Shown here: positions 17,211 through 24,862 of the stretch, one piece after another
How the letters are laid out: every line of letters starts with the position of its first letter
Position numbering within the stretch: the first letter of the stretch is position 1
Source of the DNA: a virus
Virus record (IMG/VR): IMGVR_UViG_3300018481_000020
Coordinates: 1 to 64,000 of that record
Length of the DNA: 64,000 bases
Strand: one strand, 5' to 3'
Position numbers and translations under genes: made by a program
Notes under the pieces: generated by a model
The model's database searches: none
The model's input: the letters and a program-made list of their open reading frames with translations, nothing else
What the model was told of the DNA's origin: nothing

Positions 17211-17514
17211 GGCAATGGTGCTGATCAAGAGCGCCAGCAAGCCCGAAGGCCTGTACCACGCCTGCGGGAAGGAGCCGGCCGAGCTGCACCACAAGGTGAC
17301 CAGGGCGCGGGGTGGAAAGATCCTGGACGAGGCTGGGGAGACCTACCACCACCTGTACCTGTGTCGTGAGCACCACAACGTGGCCCACTCCCAGCCGGCG
17401 TTCGACAACGGGTTGTTGACCATGGGCTATGTCACCACGCATCTGGACGGCAAGCCGCTGTACCAGGGCCCTGACTCCTACCTGAGCGAGCACTACGGAC
17501 CGAGGACGCGATGA
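17197..17514 (+). CDS. HNH-like endonuclease
   Basis: C...CG...ELHHKVTRARGG...LCREHH. Confidence 0.7.
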   Translation: MSHCEAMVLIKSASKPEGLYHACGKEPAELHHKVTRARGGKILDEAGETYHHLYLCREHHNVAHSQPAFDNGLLTMGYVTTHLDGKPLYQGPDSYLSEHYGPRTR

Positions 17515-17666
17515 GTCCCGGAGAGCACCGAAAGCAGGCTGAGCTGATCCTCAAGGAGGTAGCCCAGGACCTGCCGGTGGCGCAGACCCAGCAGGCCCTG
17601 CAGGTGATGGGGATCCAGGTGCAGATGGCCCAGGCCCATGCCCTGCTCGCGGGGGAGGTGACCTGA
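17511..17666 (+). CDS. 51-aa hypothetical protein (not in ORF track)
   Basis: MSPGEHRKQAELIL...AQAHALLA; coupled at both ends. Confidence 0.65.
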   Translation: MSPGEHRKQAELILKEVAQDLPVAQTQQALQVMGIQVQMAQAHALLAGEVT

Positions 17667-17860
17667 TGGACTTCCAGCAAGGTATGCGGATGGCCAAGCA
17701 GATGAAGAAGAAGGACGCCTACATCAGGACGGCCATCGACAAGACCGTAGCCGAGAACCATGGCGTGGTCGCGCTGAAGTTTCGCGACAGGGGTCGGCAC
17801 ATGGAGATCGAGATCCTCGATGAGCCCTTCGACACCGAAGTCCGGGTGTATCCGGGATGA
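17666..17860 (+). CDS. hypothetical protein
   Basis: GGAGGTG RBS, TGATG overlap. Confidence 0.7.
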   Translation: MDFQQGMRMAKQMKKKDAYIRTAIDKTVAENHGVVALKFRDRGRHMEIEILDEPFDTEVRVYPG

Positions 17861-18612
17861 GATTCTCAGAGACCCTGAAGATGAATGACCCCGGGCTGGT
17901 GGTCAGCAGGAGACACGACGCCTGGGTGACCAAGGATGATCATCCGATCTTCAGTGAGGAAGCCCTCAAGTTCGCGCAGAGAGAGCTGACCAAGGGCGAT
18001 CGAGTGCGCAAGGGCACAGTGAGTGCCTCCTCCCTGGGTGAGTGCAAACGCGAGCAGCAGTTCACCTTCGCGGGGATGGAAAAGCTCCCGATGGACGCGA
18101 AGAACGCGATGAAGGTGTCCAACGGCTCGTTCATGCACCTGAGGTGGCAGATGGCCGGCATCACCGAGGGCTGGCTGCCACATGCGGAGGTATCGGTAGG
18201 AACCAACCCATACCAACTCTCCGGGACCATGGATGGAGTGCTCTACGAGGAGTCAGTGCTGGAGCTGAAGTCGACCAACATGAATGGCTTCAGCCGGGTG
18301 CAGACCTTCGGGCCGATGATCCCGCACCTGTACCAGATGGCCACCTACATGCTGTGCACGGGGCGGGAGAAGGGTGTCTTCATCTATGAGTGCAAGGACA
18401 ACCAGGAGTACAAGGAGATCCCGATCAAGCGCGATGAGTTGCCGATCGAGGATGCCATGGGGTCAGCCAACCAGATCTGGGAGGCCATCGAGACCAAGCG
18501 GCTGTACGAACCACTGAACGACTGCCTGGACAAGAAGGGCTGGAGGTACAACTCCTGCCCGTTCCGGGATAGGTGCCTGGGGATCCATGAGTGGAGTGAG
18601 ATCGATGGATGA
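17857..18612 (+). CDS. Cas4/RecB-like PD-(D/E)xK exonuclease
   Basis: SASSLGEC, GTMDG, LELKS, YQMATY, C-terminal Cys cluster. Confidence 0.88.
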   Translation: MRFSETLKMNDPGLVVSRRHDAWVTKDDHPIFSEEALKFAQRELTKGDRVRKGTVSASSLGECKREQQFTFAGMEKLPMDAKNAMKVSNGSFMHLRWQMAGITEGWLPHAEVSVGTNPYQLSGTMDGVLYEESVLELKSTNMNGFSRVQTFGPMIPHLYQMATYMLCTGREKGVFIYECKDNQEYKEIPIKRDELPIEDAMGSANQIWEAIETKRLYEPLNDCLDKKGWRYNSCPFRDRCLGIHEWSEIDG

Positions 18613-19030
18613 CCTCCCAGTGGAGTACATCGCCGGCGTGCTGGATGCAGTGGGTGTGTTCAAGCTACGCAAGGTTCCGGGGAGTGGAACCAAGCTCGCC
18701 CAGATCAGTGTGCACGGGATGCCACCAGAGGTGTTGCGGGTACTGGCCCAAGCCACTGGAACGAGCGTGGTGAAGACCGAACGCAAGTACCACGGGGTGA
18801 GGTGTGCCGAGCACTGCACCGAGTCTCATGTGGACACCACCAGCGTCTCGCACAAGTGGGTGGTGACCGGAGTGAAGGCCACTGTGCTGCTGAGCACCGT
18901 GCTGCCCTATCTGCGGGCCAAGAGCGAGAAGGCGGCACATGTGCTCGAAGAGGGCATGGCAGCCCCGTATAAGCCAGAGACGATGCGCAAGATGGAGCGC
19001 CTGGGCTGGGATGTGAGTCATGTCGCGTAA
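18605..19030 (+). CDS. degenerate LAGLIDADG-family protein
   Basis: YIAGVLDAVG; LPYLRAKSEKA; catalytic acidic position replaced by Val. Confidence 0.7.
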   Translation: MDDLPVEYIAGVLDAVGVFKLRKVPGSGTKLAQISVHGMPPEVLRVLAQATGTSVVKTERKYHGVRCAEHCTESHVDTTSVSHKWVVTGVKATVLLSTVLPYLRAKSEKAAHVLEEGMAAPYKPETMRKMERLGWDVSHVA

Positions 19031-19202
19031 AGGAATCTCAGAGGCGAACTCGAAGATGACGCCTTGCCCAGTGTGTGGACGGAACGCAGTGATGGCATCA
19101 GGCAAGGTCCGCCGGCACCCAGGCAAGCGCCGGTTCGGGGATTCGATTCACGAACCCCTGTGCCCAGGAACCAGTGAGGTGGCGGGTGAAGATCATTCCT
19201 GA
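19020..19202 (+). CDS. small Zn-binding protein
   Basis: CPVCGR...RRH...CPG. Confidence 0.6.
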   Translation: MSRKGISEANSKMTPCPVCGRNAVMASGKVRRHPGKRRFGDSIHEPLCPGTSEVAGEDHS

Positions 19203-19602
19203 AGTACGAGCGCCTGAAGTGAAGAGATTCACTCGGAGGCTCACAGATGTAGAGGTTCTTGAGGGACTACCGAGTGTTGATGATCTCCATGACGAGTTGC
19301 TGAGGTATGCAGATGTGATCTTGGGGAGAGCAGATCCTCCGTTAGAGATCGATGGGTTCTACCTGGACCTGATGGAGGTGGCTGCCGCGTACTACGCGCG
19401 GGCCAAGGAGATCGACATGCTGATCCACTGGGAGGAGCAGAACAGACGAGTTATCCGAGGTAGCGGTTACTACAAGTTTCGTACCGGGCAGCTGAGGTCA
19501 TTCATCGAGATGGCCAAGATGATGGCTGACCTGGGCTCACGCCGGCTCAGTCAGGAGAGATTGCTCTCCGAGCAACGGTATGACGCGGGGAATGGCGAAT
19601 GA
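19186..19602 (+). CDS. hypothetical helical phage protein
   Basis: GAGG RBS, operon context. Confidence 0.75.
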   Translation: MKIIPEVRAPEVKRFTRRLTDVEVLEGLPSVDDLHDELLRYADVILGRADPPLEIDGFYLDLMEVAAAYYARAKEIDMLIHWEEQNRRVIRGSGYYKFRTGQLRSFIEMAKMMADLGSRRLSQERLLSEQRYDAGNGE

Positions 19603-19976
19603 GGATCGTCCCAGATCCCTCCTGGGAGGAGCACTACGCCAAGCGGCTACGAGCTGCGGGATGGGTATGCCATCCCCCAGGTCAGAGCTGTGTGGGTGCT
19701 GCGCATGCGTTCAATGGCAAACGGAGCACCTCACATGCTGCGAGTGTCTATGTGCTCCCCAGGACTGGCACACAGCGCTATCAGATCCTGGATGCGCTCA
19801 AGCGTGGGCCGGCCACTGATCCAGAGCTGCAGCAGCTGTTGGGGCTCAGTCCTAACTCAGAACGGCCTCGTCGCCTGGAGCTGGTCGATGGTGGCTTCGT
19901 GCGAGACTCAGGACGTGTACGGCGGCATCACGGCATGGAGCACACCGTCTGGGAGATCTGTGATGACAGCGACTGA
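19599..19976 (+). CDS. winged-HTH DNA-binding protein
   Basis: ILDALKRGPATDPELQQLLGLSPNSERPRRLELVDGGFV. Confidence 0.75.
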   Translation: MRIVPDPSWEEHYAKRLRAAGWVCHPPGQSCVGAAHAFNGKRSTSHAASVYVLPRTGTQRYQILDALKRGPATDPELQQLLGLSPNSERPRRLELVDGGFVRDSGRVRRHHGMEHTVWEICDDSD

Positions 19977-20121
19977 GCCAGAGCCCACGAGGCAGCAGAT
20001 CCTCTCTGCCCTCGATGGAGCTCTGATCAGTCTGGAGGAATGGGCTGGTAGCAACGCAGACAGGTACAAGTACGTCGCAGAGGAGATAACCACACTGAAG
20101 TGGCTGAAGACTCAGTACTAG
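19963..20121 (+). CDS. 52-aa hypothetical protein
   Basis: MTATEPEPTRQQIL after GGGAG. Confidence 0.55.
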   Translation: MTATEPEPTRQQILSALDGALISLEEWAGSNADRYKYVAEEITTLKWLKTQY

Positions 20122-20145
20122 ACATGACACGTCTCAACACACCTA

Positions 20146-20183
20146 CGTCCATACGACTGGATGTGTTGCGTCCATACGACTGG
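20146..20183 (+). promoter_or_regulatory. direct-repeat operator
   Basis: CGTCCATACGACTGG at 20146 and 20169, upstream of a TACGTT -10-like box and an RHH gene. Confidence 0.65.
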
Positions 20184-20203
20184 GTTGATGTACGTTGGTG
20201 TAT

Positions 20204-20377
20204 ATGGAATCACAGCCCAATACTGCCCAGGTTCAACTGCGTCTGCCCATCGGGATGCTCACCGAGATCGATGAGGTGAAGGACCCGGAGATGTCCCGCT
20301 CGGCATGGATCAGAGGAGCTGTCCGGCTACGGATACGCAAGACTCGTACTGAACAGGAGAAAGAGGTCGGGACATGA
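20204..20377 (+). CDS. ribbon-helix-helix (CopG/Arc-like) regulator
   Basis: QVQLRLP..MLTEIDE...MSRSAWIRGAV. Confidence 0.8.
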   Translation: MESQPNTAQVQLRLPIGMLTEIDEVKDPEMSRSAWIRGAVRLRIRKTRTEQEKEVGT

Positions 20378-20568
20378 GTGTGATGACCAAGGAGCTCAGA
20401 GCGGCTGGTAGTGCGCGTCAGAAGGCCATGCAGCGATACAAGGATGCGATCCTGGAGGCGAAGAGCAAGGGACTGACCAACGTGGAGATCGCCCATGTAC
20501 TCGGGGTCAGTGAAGGTGCGATCCGGATGTTCGCCAAGAGGCATCATCTGCAGGCTAACCAGAACTGA
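20374..20568 (+). CDS. HTH DNA-binding protein
   Basis: GLTNVEIAHVLGVSEGAIR. Confidence 0.8.
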   Translation: MSVMTKELRAAGSARQKAMQRYKDAILEAKSKGLTNVEIAHVLGVSEGAIRMFAKRHHLQANQN

Positions 20569-20588
20569 CACAGAACACTGAGGATGAC

Positions 20589-21239
20589 ATGGCGCTCACA
20601 GTGCCCAAGGCCCTGATCAATGGCCACGTGTACCACAAGCCCACGGGTGTTCCATACGCGCACGGGTGCAATCGGGAGTCAATCCGGGATGCAGCGCGTA
20701 CGGAGAGATGGGACGGCATCGACCTGGACATCAATCCGAACAAGGAGCTGACCCCGTTCGTGCACCACCAGCTCTACCCCACCAAGAAGGATGCCTGGTA
20801 CGACCCCAAACACCACATCAACGATAGTCACTCATGTCGGAAGCTGAGCGATGAGCAGATGAGCCGGCTACGGGTGCGCTACCAAGGTGTGTCGCGTCCG
20901 ATACTCACTGCCAGGCAAGCAGCGGTCTTCTGTCGGGATGTGAATCATGGACCACTGATCCCCTGTTTCGAGGCCAAGGGCAGGCATCCGTGCTATCTGG
21001 ACCCCCACTGGTGGTATCGAGAGTTCGTGAAGGGCATTCCAGGGAGCTGCCATGTGGTGATCATGACCCTGCCCGGGACCAGGGACTTTGGCCTACAGAA
21101 GCTGGAGGCGGCCCATGAGGCCGGCCTGCCCACGATGTGGCTATGGCGCGGAGAGACCGCTGCTACCAAGTCCAAGGCGTTCAGGGATGCAGTGGATCTG
21201 GTCAAGTCTCGCCCTGGTCGAGGGATCTACCGGATCTAG
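20589..21239 (+). CDS. glycerophosphodiester phosphodiesterase (GDPD)-like protein
   Basis: YH...N..SI..A...DGIDLDI...PFVHH...FEAK. Confidence 0.6.
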   Translation: MALTVPKALINGHVYHKPTGVPYAHGCNRESIRDAARTERWDGIDLDINPNKELTPFVHHQLYPTKKDAWYDPKHHINDSHSCRKLSDEQMSRLRVRYQGVSRPILTARQAAVFCRDVNHGPLIPCFEAKGRHPCYLDPHWWYREFVKGIPGSCHVVIMTLPGTRDFGLQKLEAAHEAGLPTMWLWRGETAATKSKAFRDAVDLVKSRPGRGIYRI

Positions 21240-21241
21240 CC

Positions 21242-22228
21242 ATGGCCACGCTGCCTTCGTTCACACACATCCACTGCTCCTCGCGCTATGACCGCACGGT
21301 GGCCTCCCTGGAGCGAGATCTGGACAGCTGGATGAAGCAGTGCTCCTTGATCACCCTGACTGAGGTGGCCACTGATGCTCGGGCCAGGACCATGAGGGAG
21401 GTTGGTTGGGGACTGTGGAACTCGCCCAGCCACACCCTGCGTGCCGATGACTGCGCGATCCTGTGGGATCTGAAGTACTGGCGCGAGCAGATGCACATGA
21501 CCCGGAACCTGTATGGCCCGTTCCGCCAGGAGAAGCGAGTGATCAACGGGATCACTGCGTGTACCAACCTGCTGCGACACCAGAACACCGGGCACAAGCT
21601 GCTCACCAGCGTGACCCACATGCCTCTGCACGCGGGGATCAAGACTCCTGGACACAGGGATGCGCGCTGGGACATGTCTCAACGTGCGCGCGCGAGGAGG
21701 GTGGCCTACCAGGTCTCGGTGAGGGCCTGGAACACACACATCGATGCTCAGGTGCGCAAGCACAAGCCCGATGGGGTGCTGATCGTCTCGGACTGGAACT
21801 TCAACCTGAAGCTCACCTGGGTCAGGCGCTACCTGAACAACAGCTTCGGGGCTGGATATCACCAGGCCTGGACTCGATTCCCCACTCATGGAGGAAGCCT
21901 GCGTGGAGGCCCGGTAGCGCCCCTGGGAGCGCCTGGGCGGGGTAGAGGCGACCGGATCATCGATGGCTCGATGATGGACAGTGGACTGCGAGTGAGCACC
22001 CATCCGAACCTGATGGCCAGGACCATCAGCTCCGATCACCGTCCCTACAAGGAGGGGTTCACCTTCACACGAAGAGCCGGCCACCCTGGCGGTCCGATCC
22101 AGGGCGGCGAGGACGCCTCTGGCGACATCTACGAGGGCGACGCCTGGTGGGGCTTCGGTGACTACATGGATGACGAGCTCTACCCGGTCGATACCGCCAT
22201 AGAGGAAAAATCGGAAGGCGTACCCTGA
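21242..22228 (+). CDS. endonuclease/exonuclease/phosphatase (EEP) family protein
   Basis: LITLTEV, VTHMP, SDWN, IIDG, SDHRP. Confidence 0.8.
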   Translation: MATLPSFTHIHCSSRYDRTVASLERDLDSWMKQCSLITLTEVATDARARTMREVGWGLWNSPSHTLRADDCAILWDLKYWREQMHMTRNLYGPFRQEKRVINGITACTNLLRHQNTGHKLLTSVTHMPLHAGIKTPGHRDARWDMSQRARARRVAYQVSVRAWNTHIDAQVRKHKPDGVLIVSDWNFNLKLTWVRRYLNNSFGAGYHQAWTRFPTHGGSLRGGPVAPLGAPGRGRGDRIIDGSMMDSGLRVSTHPNLMARTISSDHRPYKEGFTFTRRAGHPGGPIQGGEDASGDIYEGDAWWGFGDYMDDELYPVDTAIEEKSEGVP

Positions 22229-22231
22229 GTC

Positions 22232-22375
22232 ATGGCCATACTGGGAGTGATACTGCTCGTCATCGGGATCGTGCTCAGCATCTACTGGCTGACGATCATC
22301 GGAGCGATTCTGCTGATCATCGGGCTGGTGCTCTGGTTCGTGCCTGTCGGTGGACACAGAAGGCGCTACTACTAG
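22232..22375 (+). CDS. 47-aa 2-TM protein, DUF6131-like (not in ORF track)
   Basis: MAILGVILLVIG...IIGAILLIIGLVLWF..VGGHRRRYY. Confidence 0.7.
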   Translation: MAILGVILLVIGIVLSIYWLTIIGAILLIIGLVLWFVPVGGHRRRYY

Positions 22376-22893
22376 TGATCTACATGGGCGTGGACCTCGG
22401 TGTGCACAAGCTCTCCTGTGCTGTCCTGGACGCCAGCGCGCCTGAGCATCCAACGATCCTGGCGGTGGAGAGCGTGGAGGTGAGCAACGAGACATCTCGG
22501 GACCTGCAGCTGTGCGCTCTGGGCAGCTACGTCCATGACATGGCCCTGACCATGGATGTGGGCTCGACCTGGATCGAAGAGGTGATCATCGGCAACAACC
22601 GCAAGTACTCCCTGCAGCTGGCCGAGGTGAAGGGCGCAGTGCTCTCCGACCTGGCTCACCTACGTATGCAGAATGGGACAGATACCCGCACAGTGGACAA
22701 CAAGGTGTGGAAGCGGGAGATCATCGGAGGGGGAAACGCCTCGAAAGAGGAGATCAAGAACTACATCATTGCTACTCACCCAAGTTACGCTCCTTTCTGT
22801 GGAGAACAGGACGAGTTCGATGCCGTGGCCATCGCCCTCTACGGACTCCGCATCTCCGCCAGGGCCAGCAAGCTCCACCTACAGCCTGGATGA
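22375..22893 (+). CDS. ruvC: RuvC-like Holliday junction resolvase
   Basis: MGVDLG, WIEE, WKR...GNASK, DEFDAVAIA. Confidence 0.88.
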   Translation: MIYMGVDLGVHKLSCAVLDASAPEHPTILAVESVEVSNETSRDLQLCALGSYVHDMALTMDVGSTWIEEVIIGNNRKYSLQLAEVKGAVLSDLAHLRMQNGTDTRTVDNKVWKREIIGGGNASKEEIKNYIIATHPSYAPFCGEQDEFDAVAIALYGLRISARASKLHLQPG

Positions 22894-22957
22894 CTGGCTG
22901 ACCAACACCCACCAGCAGGTGCCCGACGAGGACACTCAACGGTGGGTTTCATACTCT

Positions 22958-23413
22958 ATGGCCGATTTGTACCCCGAATGGCAGCGTAGGCCTGAGGGAG
23001 AAGGTCCTCGGTGTACAGATGTGGGCCTGCAGTACTACTTCGGGGAGGACACTGGCTCCCAGCCAACGATGAGCATCTCCCAGGTCAGGCGAGCATCGAA
23101 GCTCTGTGATGCCTGTCCCGTATTCTTCGAGTGCTTGCGACACAGCTTGGAGTTCCGGGAGGCGTACGGGGTCTGGGCGGGGACTTCGGGACGAGTACGC
23201 CGCCGGATCTTCAAGATGATGGACAATGGCCTCACCACGATCGGTGAGGTCATGGAGGTGTTTGAACGTGGCGAAGGTGACCGATATCGAGTCCCCCCGC
23301 AAAGGCAGGGGAGTAGCGCGTTCAAAGAGTTCGCCCCGGAGCCCGTCCCCAGAGCTGATGGACAAGGCCAGGGCGGCCTACGAGCTGATGATCGGGGGGA
23401 AGTCGCGCTCTGA
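22958..23413 (+). CDS. whiB: WhiB-family Fe-S transcription factor
   Basis: C...CDACPV..EC...YGVWAGTS..RR; start uncertain. Confidence 0.88.
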   Translation: MADLYPEWQRRPEGEGPRCTDVGLQYYFGEDTGSQPTMSISQVRRASKLCDACPVFFECLRHSLEFREAYGVWAGTSGRVRRRIFKMMDNGLTTIGEVMEVFERGEGDRYRVPPQRQGSSAFKEFAPEPVPRADGQGQGGLRADDRGEVAL

Positions 23414-23750
23414 GATCTCCGAGATCCTCGGCTATGAGCACGCTGAGGATGTCTCCCGGTTGATGACCCAGCGCTTCGCGGCTGATTCCTCGCACCTCTC
23501 CGCGCAGGAGACCAAGGACATCCGGGCCCTGGAGACGATGCGCCTGGACGCCCTGCAGGCTGCTGTGTGGCCCGCAGCCATGATGGGTGACCCCAAGAGC
23601 GTGGACTCTGCGGTGAAGATCATCCTGGCCCGGATGCGGGTGAACAACCTGGATCAGGTCGACCCGGTGGTGAACAAGCAGATGATCCTGGTGATGGGCG
23701 ACAAGGAAGAGGACTACATCGCTGCCCTGAAGGCTGCGGCGGACGACTAG
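23268..23750 (+). CDS. HTH protein, probable terminase small subunit
   Basis: AYEL..GGKSRSEISEILGY...RLDALQ..VWP.AM.GD; GGAGGTG RBS. Confidence 0.65.
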   Translation: MAKVTDIESPRKGRGVARSKSSPRSPSPELMDKARAAYELMIGGKSRSEISEILGYEHAEDVSRLMTQRFAADSSHLSAQETKDIRALETMRLDALQAAVWPAAMMGDPKSVDSAVKIILARMRVNNLDQVDPVVNKQMILVMGDKEEDYIAALKAAADD

Positions 23751-23772
23751 CGCTGATCAGGAAGATGGAGAC

Positions 23773-24159
23773 ATGGGAGCTGCCTACGTACCGATGGAGA
23801 TCGACCAGGGCGAGGACTGGACGACCTCGATCGTCTACACCGATGACTACGACGAGCCCTACAACGTGATCGCGCCCTGTCGGATGGACATCAAGTCCAA
23901 CGGTGGTGCTACCCAGCTCAGCCTGAACACTCCTGAGGTCACGCTCCCCGAAGGAGAGATCCCCGAGCTGGGCATCTCATCGGAGATCGGTTTGATCCAG
24001 ATCCACATCGAGGACTCGATCACCGCAGCCCTGATCCCCGGGGTCTACAAGTACGACCTGTTCGTCACCGTCAACGATGGCAACGAGTACGCCGGCAACC
24101 AGGTGCAGCGGCTGGTCTACGGTGAGGTCGTCGTGAACCAGAGAGTGACCCAGCTATGA
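23773..24159 (+). CDS. virion structural protein (Ig/BppU-like)
   Basis: IDQGEDW...YKYDLFV...RLVYG.V.V. Confidence 0.65.
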   Translation: MGAAYVPMEIDQGEDWTTSIVYTDDYDEPYNVIAPCRMDIKSNGGATQLSLNTPEVTLPEGEIPELGISSEIGLIQIHIEDSITAALIPGVYKYDLFVTVNDGNEYAGNQVQRLVYGEVVVNQRVTQL

Positions 24160-24172
24160 GAAGGATGACCTG

Positions 24173-24853
24173 ATGGCCAACGTAGTCAGGCTGGTGAACG
24201 GTGGCACCATTCAGGTGCGCACAGGCGTGATCCAGGGGATCGGCCCACAGGGCCCGCGCGGGGTAGCTGGGCCACAGGGCATCGACGGAGCTCAGGGTCC
24301 AGTAGGTGAGGTCGGCCCGATGGGCCAGATCAACCAGCTCCAGGGCAAGACCACGGTGGCCACCAACAACCCGCTGGCTGCGAACACCAACACGGTGATC
24401 GCCTTCGGCTCGGTGGGCTACGACGACATGTCTGCGTTCACCTCCACCACCAACACCACATTCACTGCGGCCGGGGACTACCTGTTGAGCGCCTATCTGC
24501 GGTTCAACGATGCTGCAGCTGGGCTGCGCGAGGTCTGGTTCGCGGTAGGTGCGACGACCTTGATCAGGACCACTCGACAGAGTGTTGCCGGCTTCCCGTT
24601 CTACGTGGACCTGGCGGTGGCCTACCGAGCTGCAGGCGGTGAGGTGGCCAACGTGATCGCGCGTAGCGCTGCAGCGACGGGGATCTCTGAGGGCTCGCTC
24701 ACCGTGACCAGGGTGGGCTCTGGTCCGATCGGTCCAGTGGGTGTGGAGGGGCCAGTCGGCCCAGTGGGAGCCACTGGTGCCCAGGGTCCGCCTGGACCTG
24801 CTGGATCGGCGAACTCGGGTTTCGGTACTTACGCAGAGATCCTTCCGCACTAA
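24173..24853 (+). CDS. collagen-repeat minor tail/fibre protein
   Basis: Two Gly-X-Y tracts flanking a C1q-like beta domain. Confidence 0.75.
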   Translation: MANVVRLVNGGTIQVRTGVIQGIGPQGPRGVAGPQGIDGAQGPVGEVGPMGQINQLQGKTTVATNNPLAANTNTVIAFGSVGYDDMSAFTSTTNTTFTAAGDYLLSAYLRFNDAAAGLREVWFAVGATTLIRTTRQSVAGFPFYVDLAVAYRAAGGEVANVIARSAAATGISEGSLTVTRVGSGPIGPVGVEGPVGPVGATGAQGPPGPAGSANSGFGTYAEILPH

Positions 24854-24862
24854 CATCTGTCT

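Noticed and set aside
18605-19030. Group I intron or intein-associated homing endonuclease
   Set aside because: Flanking genes look intact, no intein splice residues or split host gene are evident, and the catalytic acid is missing.
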